A stretch of 64,000 nt of DNA from an uncultured Candidatus Saccharibacteria bacterium (GCA_964473815.1 CAYYQK010000004.1:68493-132492); one strand, 5' to 3'. Shown: positions 16,685 through 27,752, counted from the stretch's first letter. A program made the numbers and translations. The notes: generated by a model from the sequence alone, not told the origin.

Positions 16685-19012
16685 ATGCCCAAGCAACTTA
16701 TTATAGTAGAGTCGCCGACTAAGGCGAAAACAATTTCCAGATTTTTAGGGCCTGACTATGAAGTCGAGGCCAGTTTTGGTCATGTCCGCGATTTACCAAA
16801 AAGTAAGTTGTCGATCGATGTGGATCATAATTTTGAACCAGTTTACACGATCCCCCCAAAAGCTAAAGAGGTCATAACTAAGCTCAAAAAAATGGCTAAG
16901 TCAGCCTCCTCTATTATATTAGCAACTGATGAGGACCGCGAAGGTGAAGCTATCTCCTGGCACTTAGTGCAGGCTTTGGGTTTGGGTAAAGAAGCCGACA
17001 TTGCTAAAGGCAATGAAGATAAACGCATCAAGCGCATTGTTTTCCACGAAATTACTAAGGGTGCGATTGAGCATGCGTTAGAAAACCCTCGCGATATTGA
17101 TTTAAATTTAGTGGATGCTCAGCAAGCCCGCCGTGTTTTGGATCGCTTAGTTGGTTATGAACTCTCCCCTTTCCTTTGGCGCAAGATTCGCTATGGCCTA
17201 AGTGCTGGTCGCGTGCAATCTGTTGCTGTGCGTTTGGTTGTTGAACGCGAACGTGAAATTCAAAAATTCAAAGCTGAAGAATATTGGACAATCGAATCGC
17301 AACTTTCCAAAAAAGACAATGGAAAAGTTATCTTCACTGCGAAGCTTGCCAAAGTTGATGACAAGGCCGTTGGCAAAATGGGTATTTCTTCTGAGAAGCA
17401 GGCCAAAGAAATTACTACAGACCTTGAAGGTAGTGATTACAAAGTTATCGACATTACAAAAAAAGAAGTTAAGCGTAATCCATCCCCTCCATTTACAACT
17501 TCGACCTTGCAACAAGAAGCAGCACGCAAGCTTGGTTTTAGTGCGAAACAAACAATGGCCGTGGCGCAGAATTTGTATGAAAACGGTTTTATCACTTACA
17601 TGCGTACTGATAGTTTAAACTTGGCAAAGTCGGCTTTGGAGCAGGCTCAAGAAATTATTGCTCAGGAATTTGGGAAGCAATATGGTTTAAGTCAGCCGCG
17701 TTTTTATGCGAACAAGAGCAAAGGCGCGCAAGAAGCGCACGAAGCCATTCGTCCAACTGACCTTTCGCTGCTGCCGCAGAACATGAAATCTAAAACAGAA
17801 CCACGCGCCATTAAACTTTACGATCTCATTTGGAAGCGTACTTTGGCTAGTCAAATGCAACAAGCTGTGTTCGACCAAACCGCAGTTGATATTGCTGCTG
17901 GTCCAAGCAATGCGCCAACAAAATACACTTTCCGAGCAAACGGACAAGTTGTTAAATTTGATGGATTCATCCGCGCTTACACCGAAGGTACGGACGAAGT
18001 TAGCGAAGACGAAATTGAAGGCGCGTTGCCAGAGTTAAACAACGACGAACTTTTGAGGCTGCATGAGCTTTCACCATTACAACACTTCACCGAACCGCCA
18101 GCTCGCTACACTGACGCGACACTGGTAAAAGCACTCGAAGCGCACGGGGTGGGTCGTCCTTCTACATACGCACCAACCTTAACGACAATTCAGGAACGTG
18201 GTTATGTTACCAAAGAAGACAAAAAGTACGCCCCAACCGACGAAGGTTTCTTGACCACAGACATGTTGGTTGAACATTTCCCAGAGATTGTGGACATTAA
18301 CTTCACTTCGAAAATTGAAGAAAACTTTGACGACATCGCAGACGGAAAATTAAAATGGGTGCCGGTTATTGCTGACTTCTATGGTCCGTTCAAAACTCAC
18401 TTAAAAGAGAAAGAAAAGGAAGTTGAAAAGCAAATCGAAGTTTCCGACACACCTTGCCCACACTGCGGCAAACCAATGCTAATTAAGTACGGCCGCATGG
18501 GTAAATTCTTAGCCTGCCCTGAAGAAGGCAGCAAAGTCACTCAACCAATGCCAGAAGAGGCCGCGCAAATCCGCGCGTTGGAAGAAAAAACTAAGGGCGA
18601 AATGTGCCCGATTTGCGGGAAGCAAATGAATGTGCGGCGCGGCCGCTTTGGATTCTTCCTTGGCTGTGCAGACTATCCAAAGTGCAAAGGCATTTCCAAA
18701 ATTTGGAACAAAACTGGATTTAAATGTCCACTATGTTTGGAAAGTGAAGACCGCCGCGAAAAACCAGGCGATGTTGTCGAAAAGAAAGGCCGTGGCCGTG
18801 GCAAACCATTTTACGCTTGTACTCGTTGGCCAGACTGTACTTTAATCTTAAATGTTAAACCAGAAAGCGAAGCGCAGCTCGCTGAACTGTTCTTAGAATT
18901 CAAAACTAAACCTAAAGACGGCAAGAAAAAATCTGCCGGCCGAGGCGCGCGCAAAGTTGCCCGCAAAACAGCACGCAAAGCTACGAAGAAATCAACCGCA
19001 ACAGAAGAATAA
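16685..19012 (+). CDS. topA: DNA topoisomerase I
   Basis: IVESPTKAKTI, ATDEDREGE, SAGRVQS, ITYMRTD, C-terminal zinc ribbons. Confidence 0.98.
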   Translation: MPKQLIIVESPTKAKTISRFLGPDYEVEASFGHVRDLPKSKLSIDVDHNFEPVYTIPPKAKEVITKLKKMAKSASSIILATDEDREGEAISWHLVQALGLGKEADIAKGNEDKRIKRIVFHEITKGAIEHALENPRDIDLNLVDAQQARRVLDRLVGYELSPFLWRKIRYGLSAGRVQSVAVRLVVEREREIQKFKAEEYWTIESQLSKKDNGKVIFTAKLAKVDDKAVGKMGISSEKQAKEITTDLEGSDYKVIDITKKEVKRNPSPPFTTSTLQQEAARKLGFSAKQTMAVAQNLYENGFITYMRTDSLNLAKSALEQAQEIIAQEFGKQYGLSQPRFYANKSKGAQEAHEAIRPTDLSLLPQNMKSKTEPRAIKLYDLIWKRTLASQMQQAVFDQTAVDIAAGPSNAPTKYTFRANGQVVKFDGFIRAYTEGTDEVSEDEIEGALPELNNDELLRLHELSPLQHFTEPPARYTDATLVKALEAHGVGRPSTYAPTLTTIQERGYVTKEDKKYAPTDEGFLTTDMLVEHFPEIVDINFTSKIEENFDDIADGKLKWVPVIADFYGPFKTHLKEKEKEVEKQIEVSDTPCPHCGKPMLIKYGRMGKFLACPEEGSKVTQPMPEEAAQIRALEEKTKGEMCPICGKQMNVRRGRFGFFLGCADYPKCKGISKIWNKTGFKCPLCLESEDRREKPGDVVEKKGRGRGKPFYACTRWPDCTLILNVKPESEAQLAELFLEFKTKPKDGKKKSAGRGARKVARKTARKATKKSTATEE

Positions 19013-19953
19013 TGAACCAAATACAGAAATATTATTTTCTTGGATTAGCAGCAATTGTCATAGCTCTTACTGCTGGTTTTGGTTTGAATCACTTTCTTAA
19101 GAAAAACCAGATTGAAATCCATTCCAACCGCAAAAGCGCTGAAGCAAAAACTCCTGACAATAACAACATCAAACAACAGGAACAAACTCCCCCGGCCAAC
19201 GAAGTCACTGAAGTAGTGCCAAAAGAAACTGTTCAAAGCTTAATCGCGAGCGGCAAAGCGCTACATATTCCAATTTTGATGTATCATCATGTTGGAGTCG
19301 CCCCTGAAAATGCAGACGCCACACACAAAGGCCTCACAGTTAGCCCAGAAGAATTTACGGCGCAAGTGCAGTGGTTAAAAAATAACGGTTACACAGCAAT
19401 TAGTTTTGAAGATCTCTACAAACATCTCACTAAGCAGTCGCTTGCCTGGCCAAGCAAGCCTGTAATCTTTACCTTTGACGATGGTTACGCCGACGTATTT
19501 CAAAACGCCATTCCAATTTTAGATAAATATGGGTACAAGGGCACATTCGCAATCATCACTTCTTTTCCTGGTCAAACCCAGGGTGATAATGTATATGCAA
19601 CCAGGGAAGACATTATGGCTGCCAGTAAAAATAGAGAAGAAATTGTTTGTCATTCTCGGAATCATTTTGATGCATTCAGTCCCAAATTTGACGACGCATA
19701 TATGTTGCAAAACTTTTCCGGTTGCCAGCAAGATATCCATGCGTTTATCGGCACCTCACTTCCCTACTTAGTCTACCCATATGGACATTTTACAGATGTC
19801 GAAGTGGAGCAAGCCAAAAAAGCCGGCTTTGTGATGGCCTTTACGACGCGCGAGAGCAGCTACTTAAACACAGAAGACCTGATGCACGTGCCGCGCGTAC
19901 GCGTAAACCCAAATGAAAGCATTGAAAAATTTGCTGAGAAGCTCAAGGAATAA
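19012..19953 (+). CDS. Polysaccharide deacetylase (CE4), membrane anchored
   Basis: PILMYHH, TFDDGY, HSRNH, YPYG. Confidence 0.9.
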   Translation: MNQIQKYYFLGLAAIVIALTAGFGLNHFLKKNQIEIHSNRKSAEAKTPDNNNIKQQEQTPPANEVTEVVPKETVQSLIASGKALHIPILMYHHVGVAPENADATHKGLTVSPEEFTAQVQWLKNNGYTAISFEDLYKHLTKQSLAWPSKPVIFTFDDGYADVFQNAIPILDKYGYKGTFAIITSFPGQTQGDNVYATREDIMAASKNREEIVCHSRNHFDAFSPKFDDAYMLQNFSGCQQDIHAFIGTSLPYLVYPYGHFTDVEVEQAKKAGFVMAFTTRESSYLNTEDLMHVPRVRVNPNESIEKFAEKLKE

Positions 19954-20028
19954 TTTCATAACTCTAGTGTATAATATATCTGAAAGGTCGAGTTAAATCC
20001 GGAATTATCTAATTTTCAAAAATTTACT

Positions 20029-20466
20029 ATGACTCAAAAAATTATCACTTTTTTGGTATCTGCTGTCATGATTGGATCTATTGCGACACCAGCTCTAGCG
20101 ACTACCCAAACTTCACACGTAACCAATCCTAATCTAAACACAGCTTGTATCGGTACAGCGGTTACTGCAAGAGAAACTGCTATCAGCGCGGCTTATACCA
20201 CTTACAGCAAAGCCATTGCTGATGCTTACAAGGCTCGCGGTACTGCCCTTACCAGTGCTTGGTCATTGACCAACTGGCAGGAAATTAACAATGCAGTGAA
20301 AGCAGCATGGAAAGCTTTCAAAACCAGCAGTAAGACTGCCACAAAAAACTGGCAAACTGGCCGCCGCACAGCTTGGACGCAATTCAATAAAGACCTTCAA
20401 GGCTGCCATGCCTCATCAAGTGTACAAAACTCCGAATCTGTTAATGATGAGCCGGTCGGGCAATAA
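20029..20466 (+). CDS. Secreted helical hypothetical protein
   Basis: Signal peptide ..ATPALA; Ala/Trp-rich helical repeats bracketed by two Cys. Confidence 0.75.
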   Translation: MTQKIITFLVSAVMIGSIATPALATTQTSHVTNPNLNTACIGTAVTARETAISAAYTTYSKAIADAYKARGTALTSAWSLTNWQEINNAVKAAWKAFKTSSKTATKNWQTGRRTAWTQFNKDLQGCHASSSVQNSESVNDEPVGQ

Positions 20467-20475
20467 CCTATATTC

Positions 20476-20519
20476 AAAAAAAATCGCCACTCTTCACTGA
20501 GCGGCGATTTTTTATTTTT
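20476..20519. terminator. Bidirectional intrinsic terminator
   Basis: AAAAAATCGCC/GGCGATTTTTT. Confidence 0.7.
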
Positions 20520-21133
20520 TATAAAGGACAAACTTCTGTGCAAGGCGTTGGTGAGAATAAAGTTCCCAAATCCCCTTCCAACCTGTATCCAGAATTTAAT
20601 AACGTTTGCATTTCATAAGTACTAGTAGTGTAGAAGTGTTTATTTTGCGAAAAATTATACAGTCTATACAAAGTGTATTCTGGTCTCACTCTTAAAGCAG
20701 GATTAGCAGCGTCACCATTTGTTGTTGTTGAAGGTGGCGTATCCACCTGTATGTATCCCATGATTCCTTCCAACACAAAACCAGCATGTTGTTGTACATA
20801 CTGTGCTTCGGAATTATCAGTAGTGTAGAAATGTTTTTGGCCTTTTGGATCCCACATTCGAATTACACTTTTAGTTCCGTTTTGTTGTGATGATTCTAAA
20901 TACCCTAAAACTCCCTCTAAGATGTAACCGGACTTTTCCGCGCTTACAGTCTCTGCATAACTAGTAGTATAAAAATGATCATTAATTTTCTGATTATACA
21001 TTCGGTAAAAAACTAACTGCGAAGGGCTTGAAGGATCAGCTACAACAACAGCCTGGGCAGTTGAGGCAAAAGTTGGTGTCATTAAAGTGACTAGTGAGGC
21101 AATAGTAATTAATATCGATTTTATATTTCGCAT
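20519..21133 (-). CDS. Secreted protein with three YR(M/L)YN..HFYT..GY..EG repeats (DUF5648-like)
   Basis: Signal peptide and three visible repeats. Confidence 0.8.
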   Translation of the reverse strand: MRNIKSILITIASLVTLMTPTFASTAQAVVVADPSSPSQLVFYRMYNQKINDHFYTTSYAETVSAEKSGYILEGVLGYLESSQQNGTKSVIRMWDPKGQKHFYTTDNSEAQYVQQHAGFVLEGIMGYIQVDTPPSTTTNGDAANPALRVRPEYTLYRLYNFSQNKHFYTTSTYEMQTLLNSGYRLEGDLGTLFSPTPCTEVCPL

Positions 21134-21276
21134 AGTTGTGGCTTAATGGTTAGTAATTAAGACGCCATTTAGTGATGGTTGTTACATTAATCCTACCACG
21201 CAGGACTTGAAAAAATCTACCAAATACGCTAGAATGCCATAGTATTTACCACTGATTCAGTTTTGAATTACCGTTT

Positions 21277-21352
21277 GGGTCGGTAGCTCAGTTGGTAGAG
21301 CAGTGGCCTTTTAAGCCATTTGTCGCGGGTTCGAGCCCCGCCCGACCCACCA
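21277..21352 (+). tRNA. tRNA-Lys(TTT)
   Basis: Canonical cloverleaf, AGCTCAGTTGGTAGAGC, anticodon loop CTTTTAA, GTTCGAG, encoded CCA. Confidence 0.97.
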
Positions 21353-21491
21353 TTAGCGAATCGTTTAAACCGCCGCGTGGCGGTTTTTTTATCTAAACTT
21401 TAGAAAAACTTTATGTGGAATTGAGGTAGTGTATGTTATGTTGACAAAGCGTCCTAGTGAGCGTTAAAATAATTAAACGAAAGGCAAAAGT

Positions 21492-21734
21492 ATGGACAAA
21501 GACCTCAAACAACATCTTGAAAAGATGGAAAAATCAATTGTGAACAAAGTCGAAATAAAAATCGACAGTGCAGTAGATCAACTTGCCCAAATAATTGCCG
21601 AAACAGTCGCCAATCCTCTTCAAAAACACATGGAAGAAACCCGCGATCATGCCAGCATTAGGCAAGATGTCGCATTATTGAAGCACGACATGAGCATCGT
21701 CAAGAAAAAGCTCAATATTCCTGCAACAACATAA
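21492..21734 (+). CDS. Small coiled-coil hypothetical protein
   Basis: 80-aa ORF after TTGACA-17-TAAAAT promoter, terminator downstream. Confidence 0.7.
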   Translation: MDKDLKQHLEKMEKSIVNKVEIKIDSAVDQLAQIIAETVANPLQKHMEETRDHASIRQDVALLKHDMSIVKKKLNIPATT

Positions 21735-21783
21735 TTTAAAATTTAAACCGCGCATCAGTGCGGTTTTGTGATAATATAAACTT

Positions 21784-22707
21784 ATGATTTTAGAAACTTT
21801 TGATCAATTTCTAGATTACGAATTACTCGACACTGGTGATGGTGCGCGTTTGGAGCAATGGGGTTCGGTTCGATTAAAGCGACCTGATCCACAAATAATT
21901 TGGCAGCAAAGTTTATCTGGCCGCGAATGGTCTTTGGCGAACGCAGAGTTTATTGGTAGCAGTGAGCGCGGTAAATGGTCACGGAAGTCTTCGGTCCCAG
22001 AAAAATGGGATGTTTATTTTCGACCAGATATAAAACTCGTTGCAAAATTAACGCCGTTCAAACACACTGGAATTTTTGCAGAACAAGCAGCCAATTGGGA
22101 ATGGATGATGAATTTAGTCGGTCAGGCTAATGCTTCCGCTTCAGGGCCGCTGAAAATTTTAAATTTGTTTGCTTACACGGGCGGCGCAACTATGGTGCTT
22201 ACCCGCCTTGGACATTTTGTTACTCATGTTGATGCCAGCAAGCCTGCTATAGCATGGGCAAAAGAAAATCAGGCAGCGAACAAGTTTGAGCCTGATTCTA
22301 TCCGCTGGATTTTAGATGATGCTGCAAAATTTGTAACACGCGAACTTAACCGCGGGGAAACTTACGATGGCATAATCATGGATCCACCAGCATTCGGCCA
22401 CTCCCCTTCTGGCAAGACTTGGAAATTCAACCGCGACCTGCCTGAACTTTTGAAACAAAGTGTAGCGCTACTTTCTGAAAATGCAAAATTTTTACTGATT
22501 AATGGCTACGCAACCAATTCTTCCTCCCTCGCACTTGGTAATGTTTTAGAAGATGCCATGACAACGCGCACAGATTTAAAAGGCCAGATCGAATTTGGCG
22601 AACTGTGCTTAAAACATAAATTTGGACAAAAAAAATTGCCCGTTTCTGAAGAACCGGGCAGTCGAAAGATATCGACAGGGATTTTCGCACGTTGGAAAGC
22701 AGAGTGA
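21784..22707 (+). CDS. Class I SAM-dependent methyltransferase (RlmI/YwbD-like)
   Basis: DYELLDTGDG, FKHTGIFAEQ, LNLFAYTGG, IIMDPPAFG. Confidence 0.9.
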   Translation: MILETFDQFLDYELLDTGDGARLEQWGSVRLKRPDPQIIWQQSLSGREWSLANAEFIGSSERGKWSRKSSVPEKWDVYFRPDIKLVAKLTPFKHTGIFAEQAANWEWMMNLVGQANASASGPLKILNLFAYTGGATMVLTRLGHFVTHVDASKPAIAWAKENQAANKFEPDSIRWILDDAAKFVTRELNRGETYDGIIMDPPAFGHSPSGKTWKFNRDLPELLKQSVALLSENAKFLLINGYATNSSSLALGNVLEDAMTTRTDLKGQIEFGELCLKHKFGQKKLPVSEEPGSRKISTGIFARWKAE

Positions 22708-22708
22708 A

Positions 22709-23209
22709 CTACAACTGTTCCTCAGCCTTTTCATCCAACATCAATGCTTGAGGCGGCTTGACGAAGTTCTTGACCTTTTTCAACAATTCTTCGGGTACGG
22801 GTTCTCCGGGCATGAATGAAAAGAGATCCTTATAGCCGCTAGCGTGTATTGTTATTACAACAGGAGTGCTAGTTAAATTGACGAGCAATTTACAAGCTAA
22901 GTTAGGGTCGCCGCCGATCGTTTGATCCAATAAAGATATGTTGTATACCTGGTTCTGAGCCTCAACTCCTACAAAGGAAAGATAAGGAGACCAGCTGGTA
23001 AAACCTTCTTCATTGGTATTGACGTCGATGGTCTTAACCTTAAACGTGCAGTATAGACAAACTGCTTGTAGAATCTCATCAAATATTACTTTTGATTGAA
23101 GAGATTTAATTCTCTGCTGATATGTCGCAATCTTAGAATTGCGAACTAAATACATTGAACCAGCGCCGATCACCAGCCCTACCAACCAAACTACCACATA
23201 ACCAACCAT
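22709..23209 (-). CDS. Hypothetical membrane-anchored protein (orphan, SD)
   Basis: N-terminal TM helix; GGAGG upstream. Confidence 0.7.
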   Translation of the reverse strand: MVGYVVVWLVGLVIGAGSMYLVRNSKIATYQQRIKSLQSKVIFDEILQAVCLYCTFKVKTIDVNTNEEGFTSWSPYLSFVGVEAQNQVYNISLLDQTIGGDPNLACKLLVNLTSTPVVITIHASGYKDLFSFMPGEPVPEELLKKVKNFVKPPQALMLDEKAEEQL

Positions 23210-23290
23210 AGTTTTTCCTCCAATTTAATATCGAGATTTTGGCACACAAGCTGTAAAAAGCTTGCGCGCTTTTATCTAGATACTAAAATT

Positions 23291-26200
23291 TTATATCGAC
23301 AATTCCTGTTGTGGGTTTCGAACTTTCTTACGACGAGTTAACCAACTATACAAAACCGGTGTGGTGAACAAAGACAAAATACCTGAACTTAAAATACCGA
23401 AGATTACTACCAAAGACAAGCCACGCCAGAAAGGTGAGAATACAGCCAATGGCAACAACCCAGCCAAGGCTGTAACCTTGGTCAAAATAATTGGACGGAA
23501 CCGAATACCAGACGCAATGGCAATGGCTTCTTTTTTATCCATGCCTTGTTTTACTTTGCGGTTCGCATAGTCAATTAAGAAGATACCCACATTTTCAGCA
23601 ATACCGATTACCATCAAAATACCGATTGTTTCCAAGAAACCAAACTGGCCGCCAGCAAAGAACGCTAATGCAGGAAATACGCCAATCAAAATTAACGGAA
23701 CTGCGAATAAAATAATTAACGGTTGCACAAACGACTTAAAGAAGATTACAAACACAACGTAAGTCGCAATCAAGGATAGCAAAATCGCAAGGAACAATTC
23801 TTGGAATGATTTTTCAAATTCATTTACACCAACACGGTCATCAAAAGCGTGGTCAGATACACCCAAATCGCCAGTATGTGATTTAGCCCAATCAGTAATT
23901 TTACGTTGTACATTAATCGCATCGCGGCTGTCTTTAACGCGCGCGCTCACCTGCTGGTAACGCTCGCCTTCCGCACGACGAATTGATGAAGGCACAATAG
24001 AATCATTTACATCTGCAATATCTCCAAGCTTAACACCGCCACGAGGACCGTAAACTGTCAGAGCGCGCAAAGCATCAACACTGCTTGGTTTTGTATCTGC
24101 AGGCAAACGCACCACGGCATCAAGTTCACCTACACGGAACAAAGTTTTCTCACCAAGCAAACCATTGACCTGACCATAAACTGCTGCCGGGCTTAACCCA
24201 AATTCCGCTAATTTGTCCTGATGCACAGAAACCAGCAATTCGTTATTACTAATATCGTTATCAGTTAGGACACCTGCGACCTCGCTATAAGAACGCAATT
24301 GGTCGGCAATTTTTTGGCTGGCTACTTTTAATTTTTCTGGGTCATTTTCAAAAATTTTAACTATAACTGGATAGGCTTCTTCCGGTGGGCCAGCACCAAA
24401 TTCTGTTGCCAGTGCACGGTCGCCATACTTTGCCTGAATTTCATCTTGTAATTTCTTTGCAATTTCAGAGCTCTTCACATCACGCTGATCAGTTGGCTTC
24501 AAAGAAATGAACACAGTCAAAGAATCTTGACTGCCTTGACCATTCAGATCCTGATAAAAGAAATTCTTTAACTGATCTACATGATTCTTCAAAATATCTT
24601 CAACATCTTTAGTTTGGGCAGCAAGTTGATCAGGAGTTTGGTTAGCAGGGCGCGGTACAGAAATTTGCAAGTACTCTACATCATTAGGTTTGGCAAATTG
24701 TACTTGGCGAACTTTTCCACTTGTAAACAACGAAGCAGAAATGGCAATCGGAACTGCGAGACCCAAAACAATTACCACGACCTGCAACCAAGTGTGTTTT
24801 AAAATATAACGATTAGTGCGAATAAACCAGCGCGCTACTCCCCACAAAGTGTGAATATCATCTTCGTCGTGGAGATGCTCAGTTGGTTTGGCTTTCAACA
24901 ACTTAGCAGCTAGCCACGTCAAAAAGATGAACGGCACAAAGTATGACGCCACTAATGCTGGGAATACGGTGATTGGAATATATTTGATAATTTCGCCAAA
25001 CGTTCCTGAAACAACACTAAAAGGAATGAATACGATTAATGAGGTTAGAACAGCGACAAATAAACCTAAGCCGATTACATCTATGGAACGAAGTACAGCG
25101 TTTTGGCCTTTGAAGCCAATTTCCATATAACGCTTAATCGACTCAAGCACAACGATGGCTGGATCCACAATCAATCCCAAAACTAAAATGAATGAGAATA
25201 ACACCAATGTGTTCAGTTGTACCCCGGCAATCTTTAAGTAGATAAATGTGAATAGCAATGACAACGGAATAGACACGGCGGAAATTAAAGCGCTGCGCCA
25301 GTCTAAGAATAGCAACATTCCAATAATCAACAGCCAAATACTGCCGAAAACAAAGCCTAATACGCCAATTGGATTATCTCCCCATTTTTCACCTACGGCG
25401 GCGCCAATAATTTCATCTACTTGTCGCTGTGACTCCTTTGCCTGGTCAAACACAAGTGCGTAACTAACATTGCTATTTTCTGCCTTTGTATCATTAACAA
25501 CTTTTTCTACATCTTTTCCAACTTTTAAGATGTCAGCATTGCTATCAACTTTAATTTGATACAACACTGCTGGTTGAATTTTAAATTTGTTTTGCGATTC
25601 GTCTAAGTATCCAACGCGGTTTACTTTTCCTGCGTCGTCATAGCCTAAATAGACATTTGCAATAGTTGAAAGTTTTACAGTTTGACCTCCATTTGGCGCA
25701 GTCAAAGGCAAGACAATATTAATATTACGGATGTCTTCCAACGACTTTACTGGTGCTTCTCCGGAGATAGGAATTTTTTTGCCATCAATAACACTGTCAC
25801 CTAAAGGAAAGCCAACATCGGCAGCGGTAATCTGCGCGATAATTTCCGGATACTGATACTGTGGCGGTAAATCAATGTACAATTTATTCTTAATACCACT
25901 GATATCTTCGAAACTTTTTACACCTTTCACTTCTAAAACTTTGTCATGCAAAGTCTGAGCCTGTTCTTTTAAATCTAAAACAGAAAGTGGTCCGGTCACA
26001 GCTACGAAAAATGGTGCACCGCCAGTTTCCGGAACAATAACATCGGGTTCTTTAACTCCTTCCGGTAAAGTTACTGAGGCAAGTTTAGTTCGCGCATCTT
26101 GTACTGCTGTGTTTGTATCAACTCCTTCATTAAAAGTCAGTAGCACAACAGAAACATTAGCTTGCGAAGTAGAGGTAATTTCTTTAATGCCTTTTAAATC

Positions 26201-26449
26201 ACGCAGGGCATTTTCTTCTGGAACGGTCACGGTATCATTTACAGTTTCTGGTCCTGCTCCAGGAACTACAGTGGTAACAATAGCGATAGGAACTTTAACT
26301 TCGGGAAAACCTTCCACATGTAAATACCAGAAACTACCGGCTCCCACGACAACAATAATTGCCAACAGAAGTGCTGTAAGCTGTTTTTGTTCTAAGAAGA
26401 ACTTTACAATACGTGCATTTAAGCCAAATTTCGGTTGATTGGAATCCAT
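23291..26449 (-). CDS. RND efflux transporter permease (AcrB/AcrD/AcrF family)
   Basis: 1052 aa; FPEVKVP, GLIVDPAIVVLE, RFRPIILT; two-repeat TM architecture. Confidence 0.92.
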   Translation of the reverse strand: MDSNQPKFGLNARIVKFFLEQKQLTALLLAIIVVVGAGSFWYLHVEGFPEVKVPIAIVTTVVPGAGPETVNDTVTVPEENALRDLKGIKEITSTSQANVSVVLLTFNEGVDTNTAVQDARTKLASVTLPEGVKEPDVIVPETGGAPFFVAVTGPLSVLDLKEQAQTLHDKVLEVKGVKSFEDISGIKNKLYIDLPPQYQYPEIIAQITAADVGFPLGDSVIDGKKIPISGEAPVKSLEDIRNINIVLPLTAPNGGQTVKLSTIANVYLGYDDAGKVNRVGYLDESQNKFKIQPAVLYQIKVDSNADILKVGKDVEKVVNDTKAENSNVSYALVFDQAKESQRQVDEIIGAAVGEKWGDNPIGVLGFVFGSIWLLIIGMLLFLDWRSALISAVSIPLSLLFTFIYLKIAGVQLNTLVLFSFILVLGLIVDPAIVVLESIKRYMEIGFKGQNAVLRSIDVIGLGLFVAVLTSLIVFIPFSVVSGTFGEIIKYIPITVFPALVASYFVPFIFLTWLAAKLLKAKPTEHLHDEDDIHTLWGVARWFIRTNRYILKHTWLQVVVIVLGLAVPIAISASLFTSGKVRQVQFAKPNDVEYLQISVPRPANQTPDQLAAQTKDVEDILKNHVDQLKNFFYQDLNGQGSQDSLTVFISLKPTDQRDVKSSEIAKKLQDEIQAKYGDRALATEFGAGPPEEAYPVIVKIFENDPEKLKVASQKIADQLRSYSEVAGVLTDNDISNNELLVSVHQDKLAEFGLSPAAVYGQVNGLLGEKTLFRVGELDAVVRLPADTKPSSVDALRALTVYGPRGGVKLGDIADVNDSIVPSSIRRAEGERYQQVSARVKDSRDAINVQRKITDWAKSHTGDLGVSDHAFDDRVGVNEFEKSFQELFLAILLSLIATYVVFVIFFKSFVQPLIILFAVPLILIGVFPALAFFAGGQFGFLETIGILMVIGIAENVGIFLIDYANRKVKQGMDKKEAIAIASGIRFRPIILTKVTALAGLLPLAVFSPFWRGLSLVVIFGILSSGILSLFTTPVLYSWLTRRKKVRNPQQELSI

Positions 26450-26517
26450 AAAAACTTAAGATAGATAATTAAAAAGACCCTTAAATATACCGAATTTAAG
26501 GGTCTTTGTCAAGAAAT

Positions 26518-26820
26518 TTAAGCAGTCATTTTCCAACTATTAAACTCGCTCTGGCAGCTATCACGGATTTCAATTAAATCCAAAAAGGTATTCATTTGCC
26601 GCTGGGAAATAGTCCCACCACCTCTAATAATGCCAATGAGATGATCTCTATAAGCATTCACATCATTATTTTCATTCATGCAGCCGCCAAACGCGCTGGA
26701 TTTGAGAGAATAGATTTTATGACCATAAGTTCCTGCTAACGCTCCGATGATCAAAATTATAAAGCCGCCTATCACTAATTTGTTTAATGATAAATTAAAT
26801 TGCGTTGGTGAGCTTTTCAT
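26518..26820 (-). CDS. Hypothetical membrane-anchored protein
   Basis: ORF with a single TM helix and a Cys pair; start taken at MKSSPTQ. Confidence 0.6.
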   Translation of the reverse strand: MKSSPTQFNLSLNKLVIGGFIILIIGALAGTYGHKIYSLKSSAFGGCMNENNDVNAYRDHLIGIIRGGGTISQRQMNTFLDLIEIRDSCQSEFNSWKMTA

Positions 26821-26848
26821 ATCCCGGTTTAAATTAATTGTTAAATTT

Positions 26849-27388
26849 TTATTCAGCGGTGCGATCCGAAACGAACCGACCAATTAGAATCAAAAAGATG
26901 ACGGGTAGCACCAACCAAACAAATCCCGCGTTGGGATGCAAGAACAGAAACTGAATTAAAGGAGTAAAAGTATTTTTGATCTGGTCAGGTAAATAATTCA
27001 AGACGATGTTAATAAGCAAACCAACTTGCATTATGGTAAAAATTAAGACAAAGGGTAATGACAAAAGCTGTCTTCCATCAATTGAACTTTTGAATGCATA
27101 ACGACCTAGGAAAACAAAAAATATTAAAAACAAAATAACGAACGCTGCCAAGTCAGCCAAAGTAGCAGTGCCAAAATTTACACGCTCCGAAATTAGTTTT
27201 GTAAAAAATGGAGCCTGGATAACGAGTAACTGCGCCATATATGTGCTAACCAAAATTGTTAGCATGCGCCCGCGTCCGGCCGCAAAAGCAAACAATACGC
27301 TGGCCACGAGCCAGAATCCCAAAATAAAAATATCCCAAGATGGAGAGTGCCAGTTAAAAGTCTTTATTAAAAATTCAATTTGTGCCAT
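26849..27388 (-). CDS. Hypothetical integral membrane protein
   Basis: Five hydrophobic segments. Confidence 0.75.
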   Translation of the reverse strand: MAQIEFLIKTFNWHSPSWDIFILGFWLVASVLFAFAAGRGRMLTILVSTYMAQLLVIQAPFFTKLISERVNFGTATLADLAAFVILFLIFFVFLGRYAFKSSIDGRQLLSLPFVLIFTIMQVGLLINIVLNYLPDQIKNTFTPLIQFLFLHPNAGFVWLVLPVIFLILIGRFVSDRTAE

Positions 27389-27505
27389 TTTGTTTCAATA
27401 CGTATCGATTTTCTATATTATACCACAAAAAAGAGGCTGTCACGATTGAGGTCGTGCACAGCCTGCTAGTTGTTCAGTTGCTTGTTCTATTTTTTGGTCA
27501 TCGGC

Positions 27506-27730
27506 TCAGCTTAGCCGGTTTTGGTGACGGGCTACATACTTTTTGAGCATGGCCCTTGAGATCTTCGATTTGGCATTATTTCGCTCGTTATCCCCTCCTT
27601 TTAGCCGTTGAGAATTTTCCATAGCGAGATCTATAACCTCGTTGATCAGTGATCGAATAACTTCGACACCATGATCATACAACACTATACGAGTGGGCGG
27701 GTTTTTGAACGCGCCGTTTATTTTTTTCAT
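27506..27730 (-). CDS. Small hypothetical protein (orphan, SD)
   Basis: GGAGG upstream; own terminator hairpin at about 27427-27465. Confidence 0.55.
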   Translation of the reverse strand: MKKINGAFKNPPTRIVLYDHGVEVIRSLINEVIDLAMENSQRLKGGDNERNNAKSKISRAMLKKYVARHQNRLS

Positions 27731-27752
27731 GTTTCCTCCACATGTTACAAAA

